From Thraustochytrium aureum (taxonomy: Eukaryota), in contig BLSG01000353.1 of the NCBI GenBank assembly GCA_012862495.1, positions 1 through 63,814 on the forward strand: 63,814 nucleotides of DNA, given 5' to 3'. Below, one piece after another: positions 1-12,975 of this stretch. The position numbers were made by a program, and so were the translations under genes. Numbering within the stretch: the stretch's first letter is position 1; every line of letters starts with the position of its first letter. The notes below the pieces were generated by a model, which was not told where the DNA came from, ran no database searches, and worked only from the letters and a program-made list of their open reading frames with translations.

Positions 1-195
1 CAAGTTCTACAAGTGCAGCCAGCCGAACCCCTGAACGCGCGTCGCGGTGCGCGCCATCCCACGCCGTGCATGGTGCGCGCAGCAACGTCCCTGCCTCCCT
101 CCCACAGCCACGGAGCAGCCTAGCCAGGGCTTGCTGTCTCTCGCTGGCTCGTCGAGACCAACAGCAAAATTCGCAGACCTCGCCAGGGAGAGGAG

Positions 196-650
196 GTGGG
201 TGCCAGTCGCGATGGAGCTGTAAAGGTTGTGCACCTCTCGCTAGCCGCCCCCATAAAGGGGCTGTGTGCCAGCTGTTCCTGCTTGATTCAGACGCAAACC
301 GCGATAAAAAGGAGCGCTCAGACCCGCGATGGGGCGGCCAGAGTCCGAGGCAACTCGCGCAATGGCTGGGCACAGACGCGTTCCGCAACCAGTTTGACGC
401 GTCGTTCTGGACCCGACGCATAGAGTGCGAAATGCACGCAGCAGTCTCCCAAGTTGGCGATCATCCAGGTCTCCGTATCCTCGCTTCGGACGTCCGGTTC
501 TCGGACGAGGCGGCGCGCCTTGTCGGATTCGCCGAGCTGCGCTATGGTCGGCCAACCAAGCCCGCCGTTCCCACTAGCGCGCGCGAGTCGGAGCAATCGT
601 TCGAGGGAGCGCTACATGATCACGCTGCGTCGGATCCCTTTCGAAGTTAA
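196..650 (+). pseudogene. Deoxynucleoside monophosphate kinase-like (phage T4 gp1 / giant-virus type), frameshifted, P-loop not visible
   Basis: HLSLAAPIK (frame of 196) joins AVCQLF..DKKERSDPRWGGQSPRQLAQWLGTDAFRNQFDASFW..RILASDVRFSDEA (frame of 66) across a shift at the G-run near 258; resembles FAdPlK..KE..DpRWG.tPRQ.lQ..GT..FR..SDVRF.NE. Confidence 0.6.
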
Positions 651-2549
651 AATTTTGCGATACTGTTCCCCGAATTTGGAGACAAGCTGCTTGTGCGCGC
701 GCCCAGCAGCCAGCGCAGACGTTTGCTGTTGCTGTTGCTGAGTAGAGGAGTACTGATTCTCTCGCTGCAGTGTCGTTGTTGCGCGCTTCTTCACGTGACA
801 TTGCGCACCAAAACACGGCGGGAGTTTATCGCAGCTCGTCTTCGACCCAGAAAAACAGGTCTGGGTTGGCCCTTTCGCGACTGGTTTGTCTCCAGCGCTT
901 GTTGTCCCTGCAAGGATTGGATTGGTTACAGTTGCCGCGGTTAACGCGCAGAACCCACAGCCGTCAGCATGCTCACGAGTGCGGGCGGTACCTCGGTAGA
1001 CCTGCCTGCGAACGTCGGCAACAGTAGCTCAACCCTCCGCGCAGAGCAGCGAAACCAAGCGCACAGAAGTGGACGAATCCGAGGGCTTCATCCTCCTGGC
1101 CTCGACGCGAGCGGCTCTGCGCCGCCGGCAAGCGCGACGCCACGCCGGCCGGCCAGCCGATGCCAAGCCCGCGTCCGAGTCATCGAAGTCGCTCGAGTAG
1201 GGTTAGGGCGCCCTCGAGCACTGGCCCAGCAGCCAGAGTTGATTGAGGTGAACCCTGCGGAACGGGCCTTTTGGACGGTCCGGGACGCGCGGAATTCCTT
1301 CTCGGTGCACTGCGCCCTCGCGGGAGAACAGTTGCACCGGCAGCCGAGCAGGCTGGGACACTTGCAAGAAAAGTCTGTCGGGCTTTGCAGCGCCACAGTG
1401 TGGAGGAGCAAGTCTGCTCTTGGCGGTCGCAGAGGGCGACGAGAAGAGTCTGCAACGCCGTGGCTCTCTGGCACGCGACAGCGCCTTCGCTGTTCCGCTG
1501 CTGCGAGCATCCATCGAGCAGACCGACCAGCCTCGCGCAGGACCTCTCATGGAGCCTGGCGGCCGCCGGCAACTTGAAGAAACGCTGTGAGCTGTCTGCC
1601 AGTCAGCCAGCCCGCGCACTCAAGAGGCCCTCGCCAATGCGGCAGGCGGCAGCTGGCGTTGGTGCTGGCTCCTGAGCAGTTGAATCTTGCACGCCACACC
1701 GCGCGAGCAAGCGCAGCGCAACCTGCCTGACGAGCGCGGTGAGCCACCGCGGCGACTCTGGCGATGGATGGCATGGCCGTCGCTCCGCCCGCCCGCCGCC
1801 GACCACGCCCTCCAAGCGCTCGCCGACGGCGGCCCAGCGCGCAGCTGCCTGCCTGCCTGGCTGCCTGCCTGGCTGCCTGCCCGCCCAGCGGCACGGATGG
1901 CCCGAGAGGGAGGATACTCCGCGAGGGCCTGGANNNNNNNNNNNNNNNNNNNNNNNNNNNNNNNNNNNNNNNNNNNNNNNNNNNNNNNNNNNNNNNNNNN
2001 NNNNNNNNNNNNNNNNNNNNNNNNNNNNNNNNNNNNNNNNNNNNNNNNNNNNNNNNNNNNNNNNNNNNNNNNNNNNNNNNNNNNNNNNNNNNNNNNNNNN
2101 NNNNNNNNNNNNNNNNNNNNNNNNNNNNNNNNNNNNNNNNNNNNNNNNNNNNNNNNNNNNNNNNNNNNNNNNNNNNNNNNNNNNNNNNNNNNNNNNNNNN
2201 NNNNNNNNNNNNNNNNNNNNNNNNNNNNNNNNNNNNNNNNNNNNNNNNNNNNNNNNNNNNNNNNNNNNNNNNNNNNNNNNNNNNNNNNNNNNNNNNNNNN
2301 NNNNNNNNNNNNNNNNNNNNNNNNNNNNNNNNNNNNNNNNNNNNNNNNNNNNNNNNNNNNNNNNNNNNNNNNNNNNNNNNNNNNNNNNNNNNNNNNNNNN
2401 CGGCGAAGGGCGGAGTGTGCTCGGGCTGCGGCAGCCGCGGGTGGAGCGCGACGGGCCGTGCTCACCGGAGGCGCACGTAGCAGCGCAAGCAAGGCCCGAC
2501 GCTAGGGGCAGCGGGGCAGCGACTGGTAGGGCGGAACAAGGCAGGCAAG

Positions 2550-3215
2550 ATGACTTCCATGGACATGAACGAGGCCGCCAGGGCCCTCTTCTTTCTCCAA
2601 ACCAGCCCCGTGATTTCGAGCAGCATGCTCAAAGGAAAGTCGAGGCCACCCAAGGTGGCCCTCCCGAGCGCGCAGCAGTCTGCGAGCGCGAGCGCGGCAG
2701 AAGCAAGCAAGGTCACAAGCCGCAGTGTTAGTATTGCGCCAGAGCCGTGCGACGACGGCCCCCTGAAGCCGGGGTCGGCGCTCATGGCCCTCCTCAACCT
2801 GAACAAGCTTTGCAACCAGCAGCACTACGAGCCGAACGCGCTCCTGGACGAGGGCGCGCGCTCGCCCAGCGAGACGTCCAGCCCGCCTGCGGGGAGCCCA
2901 ACGAGCCCGCGCGGCTCGGACGCCTCGCAGGAGATGCAGACGCGCGACCGCTCGGAGAGTGTGGCGGTTGTGGAGAAGCGCTTCTCCAGCGACGCCATGT
3001 CGATTGGCCAGAGCAAGATAGGCCACTATTCGCGCGAAGAGCGCCGCCGCCTGATCGACCGCTTCTTGAAGAAGCGCAACCGGCGCATCTGGCGCAAGCG
3101 GGTCAAGTACGACGTGCGCAAGTCGTTCGCCGACTCGCGCCTGCGCGTCAAGGGCCGCTTTGTCCGCAAGGAGGACGAGGACCAGCTTCGGGAGCTGCTC
3201 ATCCTGAGCTTCTAG
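2550..3215 (+). CDS. CCT-domain protein (CONSTANS/TOC1-type C-terminal motif)
   Basis: IGHYSREERRRLIDRFLKKRNRRIWRKRVKYDVRKSFADSRLRVKGRFV. Confidence 0.9.
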   Translation: MTSMDMNEAARALFFLQTSPVISSSMLKGKSRPPKVALPSAQQSASASAAEASKVTSRSVSIAPEPCDDGPLKPGSALMALLNLNKLCNQQHYEPNALLDEGARSPSETSSPPAGSPTSPRGSDASQEMQTRDRSESVAVVEKRFSSDAMSIGQSKIGHYSREERRRLIDRFLKKRNRRIWRKRVKYDVRKSFADSRLRVKGRFVRKEDEDQLRELLILSF

Positions 3216-4073
3216 CCGCCGGGCGTCGCCGGCGCCCCGCTCCCCTAGCAGTCGAAACCGGCTGCCTTGCGTGCGTCAAGCAAGTCCGCCGCCTCGTCAT
3301 TCCTGCAGGAGGATAGCCAGGCGGGGCTGGGCCGCTCTTGTGTCTCGAGACTCGCGCTTTCGAGGCCGGCGCCGCCTGCCCCGCCGTCACATTTTTTCTC
3401 CAGCCCTGGTCCTAACGTAAGCCTATTGTACCCTTTCTGGCCGCAGCCCCGTTCTGGCCGTTCTGGCCGCAGCCCCGTTCGCAGATTCGACATACGTTCG
3501 AGGCAAGTTCGGGGCGGAACGCGCATACCTAGCCGGCGTTCGCTCGTTCGTCTTGACTGGCAGTGTGCGCCGTTGCACACACAGTACCTCTGCCCCTCTG
3601 GGTGCGGTTCATAAAAGTGGCGTCGAAGATTGTCGCAACGAGGTCTGCTCTTCTCGTGCACAATTTCGCGGATTCATACGTGCCTCAACGCCAAGTCGTC
3701 GCGCCAGGTCGCTCATCCTCTTCCGCAGCCCACCACAATCGAGTCGTCACCACGGCCGCGATGTACTTCCACAGGCCAGGCAGCAAGTTGCCGGTTGCCA
3801 GCCACGGCCTGCAGCCTTCTGCAGGCTCCTCGCCAATGTTTGTTTGTTCGTTTGCCTGGGTTAGTTTGCTTTCGTTCGTTCGTGCAAGCGGCGTGGTGTT
3901 TCCAACTCGGAGGTGTGCTTCCCACGTCCGTTGTCGTGACGACAGAAAACAAATCGAAGCAGCCAAGTCAAACAAGGAAACAAAACGAAAGAGAAATCGA
4001 ATCGAAAGCGAACGAAGGAGACAACGAAGCCCATGGGTGTCGGTCGAGTAGAGTATACCGCCAACGCCGCCAC

Positions 4074-4142
4074 TCACTCCACTCCGAGTCTACTCTACCC
4101 ACTCTACTCTACTCACTACCTTCTCTACCTACCTACCTACCC
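4074..4142. repeat. Low-complexity CTAC/CTACT microsatellite-like tract
   Basis: ctactctaccc actctactct actcactacc ... acctacctac. Confidence 0.6.
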
Positions 4143-4553
4143 ACGCACGCTGCTCCGGCGTTCTGCGAGGCAGCGCGCCGGCGTGAAAGCGAGGCGCAGG
4201 TGGGGAATCCAACTTCTGCAAGCGAATGGACGGGACTTGCACACGAGAGCGAGAGCGAGAGAGAGAGAGGCAAGGTGTGCGGCGCGAATGGCGATGCTTT
4301 CGGCCAGATCGACCAGGACCAGACGCACATCGACCAGGACGTCGATCGGGACAGCGCAGCAACCGCATCGGAAGCGCAGCAGCTGTGGCTGTAGCAGCAA
4401 TAGCAGCAAGAGTAGCAGCTCCGGCCCCAGCTCCAGCCGTGGGGCTGCGCGAGGTGGTGCGGCGGCAAGCTAGTGTGGACCCGAGCAGCGGGACCACAAC
4501 GCCACCGTCCGAGCGGCGACGCGGTTGACGCCGGCAATAGACGTGGAGCAACC

Positions 4554-5839
4554 ATGTCGACTCTGGAGAGACATGTGCGCGAGCTGGAGCGGTTCTACAT
4601 GCGCATCGGGGAGCCCGAGAGATGCAAGAACTGCGAGCCGATGTTTGAAAAGTTCTCCTTTCGGGAGATCGCGGACGCCGTGCGGACCAAGTACAACGAC
4701 CAGCCCGAGGAGTGGGCCGACCTCGTCATCAGGACGCGCGGCACGGAGACCGAGCGCAAGACCATCCAGGAGCAGGAAATCCCTCCGACGGAAAAGCGGC
4801 GGTCGATCATGCAGCGCATTGCGTCGCTCAAGCCAAAGGCTAGCCGCAAGAAACCCGTCCCACCGCGCCCGCCCAAGGCAATCAACAAAGAGAGGCTAAA
4901 GTCTCNNNNNNNNNNNNNNNNNNNNNNNNNNNNNNNNNNNNNNNNNNNNNNNNNNNNNNNNNNNNNNNNNNNNNNNNNNNNNNNNNNNNNNNNNNNNNNN
5001 NNNNNNNNNNNNNNNNNNNNNNNNNNNNNNNNNNNNNNNNNNNNNNNNNNNNNNNNNNNNNNNNNNNNNNNNNNNNNNNNNNNNNNNNNNNNNNNNNNNN
5101 NNNNNNNNNNNNNNNNNNNNNNNNNNNNNNNNNNNNNNNNNNNNNNNNNNNNNNNNNNNNNNNNNNNNNNNNNNNNNNNNNNNNNNNNNNNNNNNNNNNN
5201 NNNNNNNNNNNNNNNNNNNNNNNNNNNNNNNNNNNNNNNNNNNNNNNNNNNNNNNNNNNNNNNNNNNNNNNNNNNNNNNNNNNNNNNNNNNNNNNNNNNN
5301 NNNNNNNNNNNNNNNNNNNNNNNNNNNNNNNNNNNNNNNNNNNNNNNNNNNNNNNNNNNNNNNNNNNNNNNNNNNNNNNNNNNNNNNNNNNNNNNNNNNN
5401 NNNNNNNNNNNNNNNNNNNNNNNNNNNNNNNNNNNNNNNNNNNNNNNNNNNNNNNNNNNNNNNNNNNNNNNNNNNNNNNNNNNNNNNNNNNNNNNNNNNN
5501 NNNNNNNNNNNNNNNNNNNNNNNNNNNNNNNNNNNNNNNNNNNNNNNNNNNNNNNNNNNNNNNNNNNNNNNNNNNNNNNNNNNNNNNNNNNNNNNNNNNN
5601 NNNNNNNNNNNNNNNNNNNNNNNNCTACGCCGGCCGTCCCTTCTGCCGTGGTTCAGGACGCCCAGTTCGGAAAGATGCTCTTTGAGTTCAAGCCGCAGTC
5701 TGGCAACCCGGAGGAGATCATGGTTGTGTCTGGCCAAATCATCCAGGTGCTTGAGCAGGCAGCTGACGGATGGACGTATTGCGTAACGGAAGATGGCCGG
5801 AGCGGCCTGGTTCCCAGCTCGTACGTGCAGCTTGTGTGA
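4554..5839 (+). CDS. SH3-domain protein (interrupted by an N-gap; joining across the gap is assumed)
   Basis: ATG at 4554 (MSTLERHV...), PxxP motifs before the gap, C-terminal SH3 (LFEFKPQSGNPEEIMV..DGWTYC..GRSGLVPSSYV) ending at 5839. Confidence 0.7.
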
Positions 5840-6129
5840 GAATAGGCGCTGCTGCACGAGCGCAACCCTGAACCTGGCGGGCGCCGTAAGGCGCCGGCCC
5901 TGAACAAGTAAGATGTTTTTTCACGTTTTTTTATAAATGAGTAGTCTTGCGCGAGGCCCCGCAGCGAAATGACAACCTGGAGGACGGCAAGTGACAATGG
6001 AAACAATGGTTCCTGCGTTTCAGCACGCACTACGCACTACCTCAAGAGCCGAGCACCGCCATGTGTCTCGGCGACTACGCCGCCGGCGCCAGGCCAACCA
6101 CGCAGCTGCGCTTGCAGAGAACTCGCGGC

Positions 6130-7865
6130 TCAGGCGCTGGAGATCGCCGGCGTGTCGCGGTCTGTGCGATGGAACACGCGGAGCGGCATCCCGTGCTTGG
6201 GCCCCAGCGTCACGTCAGCGAGCACGTCCACCTGGTCGCTGGGAACTGCCAGCTTAAAGTCAAAGTTGCGGACGATCGTGGCGAGGATCTGAACACCCTC
6301 TTGCATCGCAAGCCGCTGCCCAGTGCACGTTCGGTGCGCCGCGCCAAAGGGAAGGAAGCCGTAGTCGGACCCTCCCGGCACCCCGATAGGCTTGGTCGGC
6401 TGAAGCGTGGGCAGCTCGTCGAACCGCTCAGGGCGAAACTCGTTTGGCTCGGGCCAGATCGACGGGTTGTAGTTGAGCGCGTGCTGCGAAACGAAGACAA
6501 AGCTTCCCTTGGGAATGTCATAGTCGCCCAGCTTGGTGTCATAGGCCGCCTCGCGCGGGAACTGCGGCACAGTCGGGTACAGCCGCAGCGTCTCGTACAT
6601 GACCTGGTGCGCGTACTTGAGCTGCTTGACCTCGTCAAAGGTCGCGATGCGGCCCTCCATGACCTCGTCCACTTCGGCGCGCAGCTTATCCAGCGCCGCG
6701 GGGTTTTCCTGCAAGAGCTTGATCATGAAGCACAGCGTGTTGCCAGTCGTTTCGTGGCCAGCGCCGCGAATCGTTTTGAACTCTTCGTTCACCTCAAGCT
6801 CGCTCAGCGCCGGGGTCCCGTCCGGGTTCTTCGCGGAGAGCAGCCCGTGAAGGATGCTCGCCTCGGGGCGCTCGTCCTCCGGGATCTCCAGCGCACGCTT
6901 CATCAGCGTATCGAAGAGATCGTCAAGCTTCTCCTGACCTTGTCAATGCGCGCGCTGGGCAGCATGTCGTAGAGCGGCGCGGCGGTGCGCACGATTATGT
7001 CCTGAAGAGCCCAGTCGAGGTCCTTGGCCATGTCGTTCTCCTCCTCCGGGCAGTGTTGCATCGAGGTGTGCTCGCTGCTCTCGCCGGTGCCGATCTCCAT
7101 GATGATGTCCAGCGTGAGCATGCTCATAGAGTAGTAGCAGTTCACGGTGCGCCCCTCTGCGGCGGCTTCGCTCCACTTGCCGAGGAAGACGTCAAGCTGG
7201 CGCTCGATGATCGCCGAGTAGCCGCGCAGGTGCTTTTCGCTCAGGTACTTTGACACCACGCGACGGTGCAGCGACCACTTTTCCCCGGTCGGGAGCCCCA
7301 GCAGGCCATCGCCCACCAGCGAGGTGAACCCGGTGTGCCCGCGCGTCGGGTAGGCGTTCTTGTCCGTCATGACGGTCTTGACCATGTCCACGTCGCTCAC
7401 AAAGATAAAGGGGACGGCGAGGCGCCAGTCCGTCGAGCTGAACGGCCGGATGATTGTGAACGCATCACCAAACTTGGCATGCGATTCCATCGCGGTCAGG
7501 TGGCGCCGCCACTGCCCGTTCCGCGCGATCGAGGCGCCCAAAAAGTCGAGCGGGAGCACTGGCGGGATCGCCATTGCCTTGCCGAACAGCACGCGCCGAA
7601 GGAGCCACTGGAAGAGCCCGATCTTGGCATGCCCAGGCCGGGGCTGCACCTTGATCAGCCCCATGGCGAGAGCGACAGCCTTGAGGATCTCGCGCTTGGC
7701 GAGTGCGACGCGCGCGAGGTGGAGCCAGGCGAGGGCGGTGAGGGCGGTGCGCCGCGGGCCCTTGAACCATCCTTGGGAGAGCCCGACCTGCGTGCCAAGC
7801 ATTTGGACCGTGTAGGCTGCGGCCAAGACGCGCTTGGCGATCGTCGCGCCATCGAGCTGAACCAT
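6130..7865 (-). CDS. Cytochrome P450 (one apparent frameshift near 6935)
   Basis: I-helix GAGHETT, ETLRLYP (ExxR), FRPERF, heme motif PFGAAHRTCTG; N-terminal half has GDGLL..GEKWSLHRR; joined reading RIDKVR/EKLDDLFDTLMKR. Confidence 0.93.
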
Positions 7866-9289
7866 CTTTTTCTCTGACCGTCAGAGCTCGGGAGCTGCTG
7901 GGACCACTCGCGGCCGATAGCAACCGATACCGCTTGCCGCTTTCTCCCTTTGCGCCACCTTTGTCGGTGTTCTCGCTGGGTTGTGATCTGTGATTGGGGT
8001 CTGCCGCTGTTTGGTTCGCACGAAATGCGTGAGACCGTCTACTTCAATTTGCCTCAGGAATGCAATTCTTCGAACTAGCGTGAATGGCACGGGCTCTCGA
8101 ACTGCCGAGCGGAACAGCAGGCAGGCAGGCAGGCAGTCAGGCGGGCGGGAACGTGCCTAAAGCGAAGCCTCGCTTGTCGACCGCCGCCGCGAGCCGAGCA
8201 GAAATTGCGTCTGACGCGAGCGCTGCCTCACGTATGTAGCCTCCTTGCCTGCGCTGGCCAGGACTCGCGCAATCCAGCGAGGCTCTATGATCGATCGTCG
8301 ACCGGCCAGTTCCTCCCAACCCAGGCACGCTGGCGCGTTACGTAGCTTACGTTACTCTCTCTTCCCTTCCCTTGTGAGCCTGCCACCACAGCGAGATGAG
8401 AGCTCCGAGTCCATCGAGCTGCGCAGGTACGCAGTGCTTCGTGATCATGGTGCGCCTTCCTGCGCAACTGGCAGCTCCGCCGCAAAGCAGAACCAAACCA
8501 GCGGGAGCGCACGGCGCTTCATCTCCACCATCGCGAGCATTACACGCTGCAGCGCATCGAGCGAATTGAGTCGCCGATGCGACCTGGTTGAAGGCTGCGG
8601 CGCCCAGCTGCCCCATCGCGGCCAAGCCAAAGCGTCCCGCGGCGTCCCGGAGGAGCGACAGACACCAAGACGTCTCGTCGGCAGTCGCCGTGGCCGGACG
8701 CGTGCGTGGCGGCGCGAAGCGTGCAAAGATGTCTCGAGTGGCGCGTCTCGAGAAATCCACTTGCATCGCGACTGCACGCAATCAAGCCCGAAAACCCGGC
8801 GAAACAGCTCGAGCCGCGTTGTTTATCCGAGGCGACTCCAACGTGGTACGAGTGCGGATTCACGTTTCTCCGGTAAGTATTGAATATTGAGCACCAAGTA
8901 TTGGTTTTCTATAACTGATGGGAGGGGTCAAGAGAAAGAAGCACACAACTGCGTTGACTCTTGACGTTTATTGATTTGGTGGGGTCAAGATAAAGATAGA
9001 AAGATAAGGTACTCCCCTTGTTCATGCAAGTATTTTTTTGCTTTGTTGATCGATGATTGACGATGATGATCGATCGATTGTCGATCGATGATCAGCAGTG
9101 CAGGTCTGGACAGGGAGCGGATGGGCGCTTGCGCACGCGTGCCCCCAGCAGGTGCTGCCGCGTAGGCATGCTGCTTGGCCTGCTGCTTGGCCCGCTGCTT
9201 CGCTTGAAATTTGTTCACGCTTGCCTCGACCTCCTTCCGCGTCGTGCTCCGGTTGTTGGCCGCGTTGGGGCTTCGGCGGCGGCGAGACG

Positions 9290-10416
9290 ATGGACGACAG
9301 CGCGAACGAGGACGAGGCAAAGCTGCTGAAGATGCCGCGGCTGCGGCTTGCGAAGGGCCAGGACCTGCCGCTCGGGATTGGCCTCGTTACGCGCTGACCC
9401 CGCTTGTCGTGGCGGTGGTGGTGTTGGCGGCGACGAGCGCGCCGTGGAGCGAGGTGGCGGCGCTCGCGGCTTGGCATGCCTGGTGCGCACAGGTCGCTCT
9501 GACGCCGAGGCCGCTCAACACGGTGGCTGGCGCCATGGTGTCTGCGGTGACGCTCGTGGGCGGGGTAGCGACGGCGCAATGCGTCGGGCACCCGCTGATT
9601 CGCACGCAGTACGTTATGGCAACCATCATGTTCGTGTGGGGCCGCGGGAACGTGCTGGCGAATGACACGCACCTCCGGGCCATGCCTGTCGGGTTTCGCC
9701 TCGCCTACGTGTTCAGCTTCCTCGACCTTGGGGCTTCGCGGTTTTACGCAACTCAGGCAGCACGGGACAGAGGGCTCGCCGCGCTGCTGCGCAGATCCAT
9801 GTGGAGCGCGGGGACAAGCGCCGTGACCTCGGCGCTTCTGGCAGCGCTCGCCACCGACATCGTGCGCGACCTGGGACGCGCCTCGCTCGCCACCACAGTC
9901 GCTGTCGAGACGCTGCGCGTCGCGGCTGGCGGCGCCAACTTTTGCGCCGGCATCTACCTCGGCGACGCAATATACCAAGTGCCCCTCTTTCTGTTCGCGC
10001 GGGACGCCCCCAGCACGTTGCAGCCGCGCCCGCTCATGACTGCGCCGTGGCGCTCCGGGACCGTCAAGGAGTGGTGGGGGGCCCGATTCGACACGGGAAT
10101 GCAATCCGTCCTCTTTGGCAACGCGTACCGGCCGGCGCGCCTGCTTGGGCTGTCGCGCGCGGCGGCGGTGTGCGCCACCTTTGCCTTGTCTGGGGCAATC
10201 CACTGCCCACTCATCTACGAGCTCGGGGCGGAGCAGGCCGATCTCGTGCTTATGTTTGCCTTTTTCGTTGCGCAGGCGGTGCTGGTTCTCGCCGAGACGT
10301 ACTTGACGCTCGCGCCTAGTCGCTTGCGAACGCTCGGGAGCCTTTTTGCCAGCAGCCCGCTCTTCGTGTACCCAGTGCTAGCTCGCATGGGGTTGTGCGG
10401 GCAGCCGTGCTTGTAA
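9290..10416 (+). CDS. MBOAT / wax-synthase-like membrane-bound O-acyltransferase (start uncertain, probable frameshift near 9385)
   Basis: Multiple TM segments; PWRSGTVKEWWGARFD...ATFALSGAIH matches the wax synthase motif P..s.sl.dFWG.RWn...atFlvSGl.H with catalytic His. Confidence 0.8.
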
Positions 10417-10526
10417 ACTCGCAGACAGAAACAAAACACAAATCGCTGTTGCTCGTTTGATCTTGAGAGCAAACATAGTTTTCTCGCTGTTCTCGCACGC
10501 GGACGAAGGCCGGCGAGGTGCCCGTG

Positions 10527-10719
10527 CGCCTAGACAATGCTGCCAGCGCCGGGCCCTAGCCGCGGGGTCCGCCGCTGCCCCAGCAGCCGCTTGTCGCTGG
10601 CAATCCGCCCAATGAGCTGCCCCTACGCCTAGACAATGCTGCCAGCGCCGGGCCCTAGCCGCGGGGTCCGCCGCTGCCCCAGCAGCCGCTTGTCGCTGGC
10701 AATCCGCCCAATGAGCTGC
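10527..10719. repeat. 94-bp perfect direct duplication covering the 3' end and stop of the ATPase gene
   Basis: 10527-10620 identical to 10626-10719, separated by CCCTA. Confidence 0.9.
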
Positions 10720-12975
10720 TGCGTAACCAGCAAATACCCTCCAACGATGCAAACCAAGTACATCCAGTACGCCGGTGGCAGCGCGGCAAACTGCAGGGCT
10801 TCGCGCGAAGCCGGCAACACTGTGAGCGAGACCCCTGCCGCACAGACACACAGCGACAAGCACACAAGCAAGGCGCTCGGCATGTTGCCGCCGCCGCCCA
10901 CCCGCCGCTGCAGCGACCATCGCCAATGGCCTCCCAGCAGCCCGCGAACGAGGCGCTGCGACTCTATCCATGCGCTGGTGCCAGGCTTGGACCCAGTTCC
11001 GGCGCGAAGGACAAACACGATCAGAGTTTGGGAGATGAGCCCCTCGACAAACCACCCCGTGTGGAACCGCGCTTGCTCTTGCGAGTCTGCCCCGAGCCAA
11101 AAGAACAGCACGCCGAACGTGAGGTAGTCGAACACGGAGCTGATGAACCCTACCGACACAATAAACCGCAGCAAAATGTCCATGTCGAGCCGCAGCGGCG
11201 CGCGCAGCTGCCTAGGATCGACGCGGTCCGAGGGAATCCCGAGCTGCGCAACGTCGTACAAAAAGTTTGACGTGACCACTTGGATGGGCAGCATGGGGAT
11301 GAAGGGGATCAAGGCGCTCGCACCCACCACGCTAAACATGTTGCCAAAGTTAGACGACGCGGCCATCTTGAGGTACTTGACCATGTTGAGAAACACGCGG
11401 CGGCCCTCAAGCACCGCGGGCTCAAATATTGCCAGCGTCTTGTTGGTCAGCAGCACGTCTGCCGCGCTGCGCGCCGCGTCGCAGGCAGACTCGACCGAGA
11501 TGCCAACGTCAGCCTCTTGCAGGGCCACGACGTCGTTGACTCCGTCGCCCACAAACCCGACGCTGTGCCCCATGGCCTTGAGCTCGCGCACGATCAGCTG
11601 TTTGTGCGCCGGCGTGAGCCGGGCAAAAACGTTGCAAGTTGCGAGAGAGTTGCGCAGCATCGTCGAGGGCATCTTCTCCAGCGTGGGGCCGTCCAGCACG
11701 TGGCCCGAGTTGCTAATGCCGACCTGCGCCGCCACGTGCCGCGCCACGCTGCTGGCGTCCCCGGTCAGCATGCGTACCGACACCCCGAGCGCATGCATCG
11801 CGGACACCGCCGCAGCGGCAGACGCCTTGGGTGGGTCAGAAAACGTGATAAAGCCGACCAATGTCGCCGCGCTCACGCCCTCGCCTTGCCGAACGGCAAC
11901 CGCGAGGATGCGCTCGCCCTGGCCCTTGAGCCCGCCTAGCGCGGTCTCGGCGTCCCACTCTCGCATCGCGAGCCGGCCACCATTGCCGTCCATGGCGTCG
12001 ACGCACATCGCGGTAACCTCTTCGACTGCGCCTTTAATCACCGTTACAGGCCCGGCGGCCCCGAGGCGCTCCGACTCGAGCCAGTCGACGAGCGCGGGCC
12101 GGCCGACCGCCGCTGCCCCCGGCACCGCGGCGGCTTCTAGCCGAACGCGCACGGCCGCAAATCTCTGTTCGTAGTCAAATGGGACCTCCTCTTCGAGCGC
12201 GAACCACTCCTCAGGCTTGCCGGGCAGGCCCGGGGCGCTCGAGCGCTGGATCGCCTTTTCCACGTTGTTGCTCGTCCCGCTCATAAAGTGCGCGTTCAGC
12301 TTTGCCAACCCAAGAGCGGCGCGAGCGGCCTCGTTTCCTCGCACCCCCATGGCGTCCACGGCGTGGTGCACGCAGAGGCAGTCCTCGGTCAGCGTCCCGG
12401 TCTTGTCCGTGCAGAGCACGTCCATCGTGCCGAGAGACTGCATCGCGTTGACGCGCTTCACGATGCACTTTTCTCGTGACGAGAGCCGCGAAGCCCCGTA
12501 AACGACGCACGCGGTGAGAATCATCGGCAGCATCTCAGGGGCGAGACCCACGCTCACGCTCACTGCGTACATAAAGGCATCCAGGGTCCACCCCTGCTGC
12601 AGCACTTGCAGGCCCATCACGAGCGGGGCCAGCACAAAGATAAACCGGATCATCATGAGAGTGAACGCGCGCATGTCGCGGTCGAACCGCGACTCGGGGC
12701 GCGACCCGTCCAGGGTGCGCACGACAGAGCCCATCTCGGAGTCGTCGCCGGTGCGCTCTACAAGCAAGATCCCCGTGCCCGCTCACAACCAGACTTCCCC
12801 CGATCACGGCGAACGGCGACTGTGCCGAAAGCGGCGGCGCCTTGCGGGCGCTTCCAGCGCTTGCCGCTCTCCTTGCGGCGCGCTTCACGCTTTGGTCCAC
12901 CGTCTTGTGGGCAGGCAAGCTCTCCCCGGTCAGCCGCGCCTGGTTGACCTGAAGGTGGGAAGCGTACACGAGGAC
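10629..12975 (-). CDS. mgtA: P-type IIIB Mg2+-transporting ATPase, MgtA/MgtB-like (5' end in gap, frameshift near 12778)
   Basis: LTGESLP, GLAPEMLPMI, CTDKTGTLT, MLTGD, VGDGVND, KYLKMAASSNFGNMFSV, PMLPIQ..NFLYD, FHTGWFVEGLISQTLIV. Confidence 0.9.

Noticed and set aside
650..1933. Overlapping ORFs of 130-200 aa
   Set aside because: No recognisable motifs; expected by chance at this GC content.
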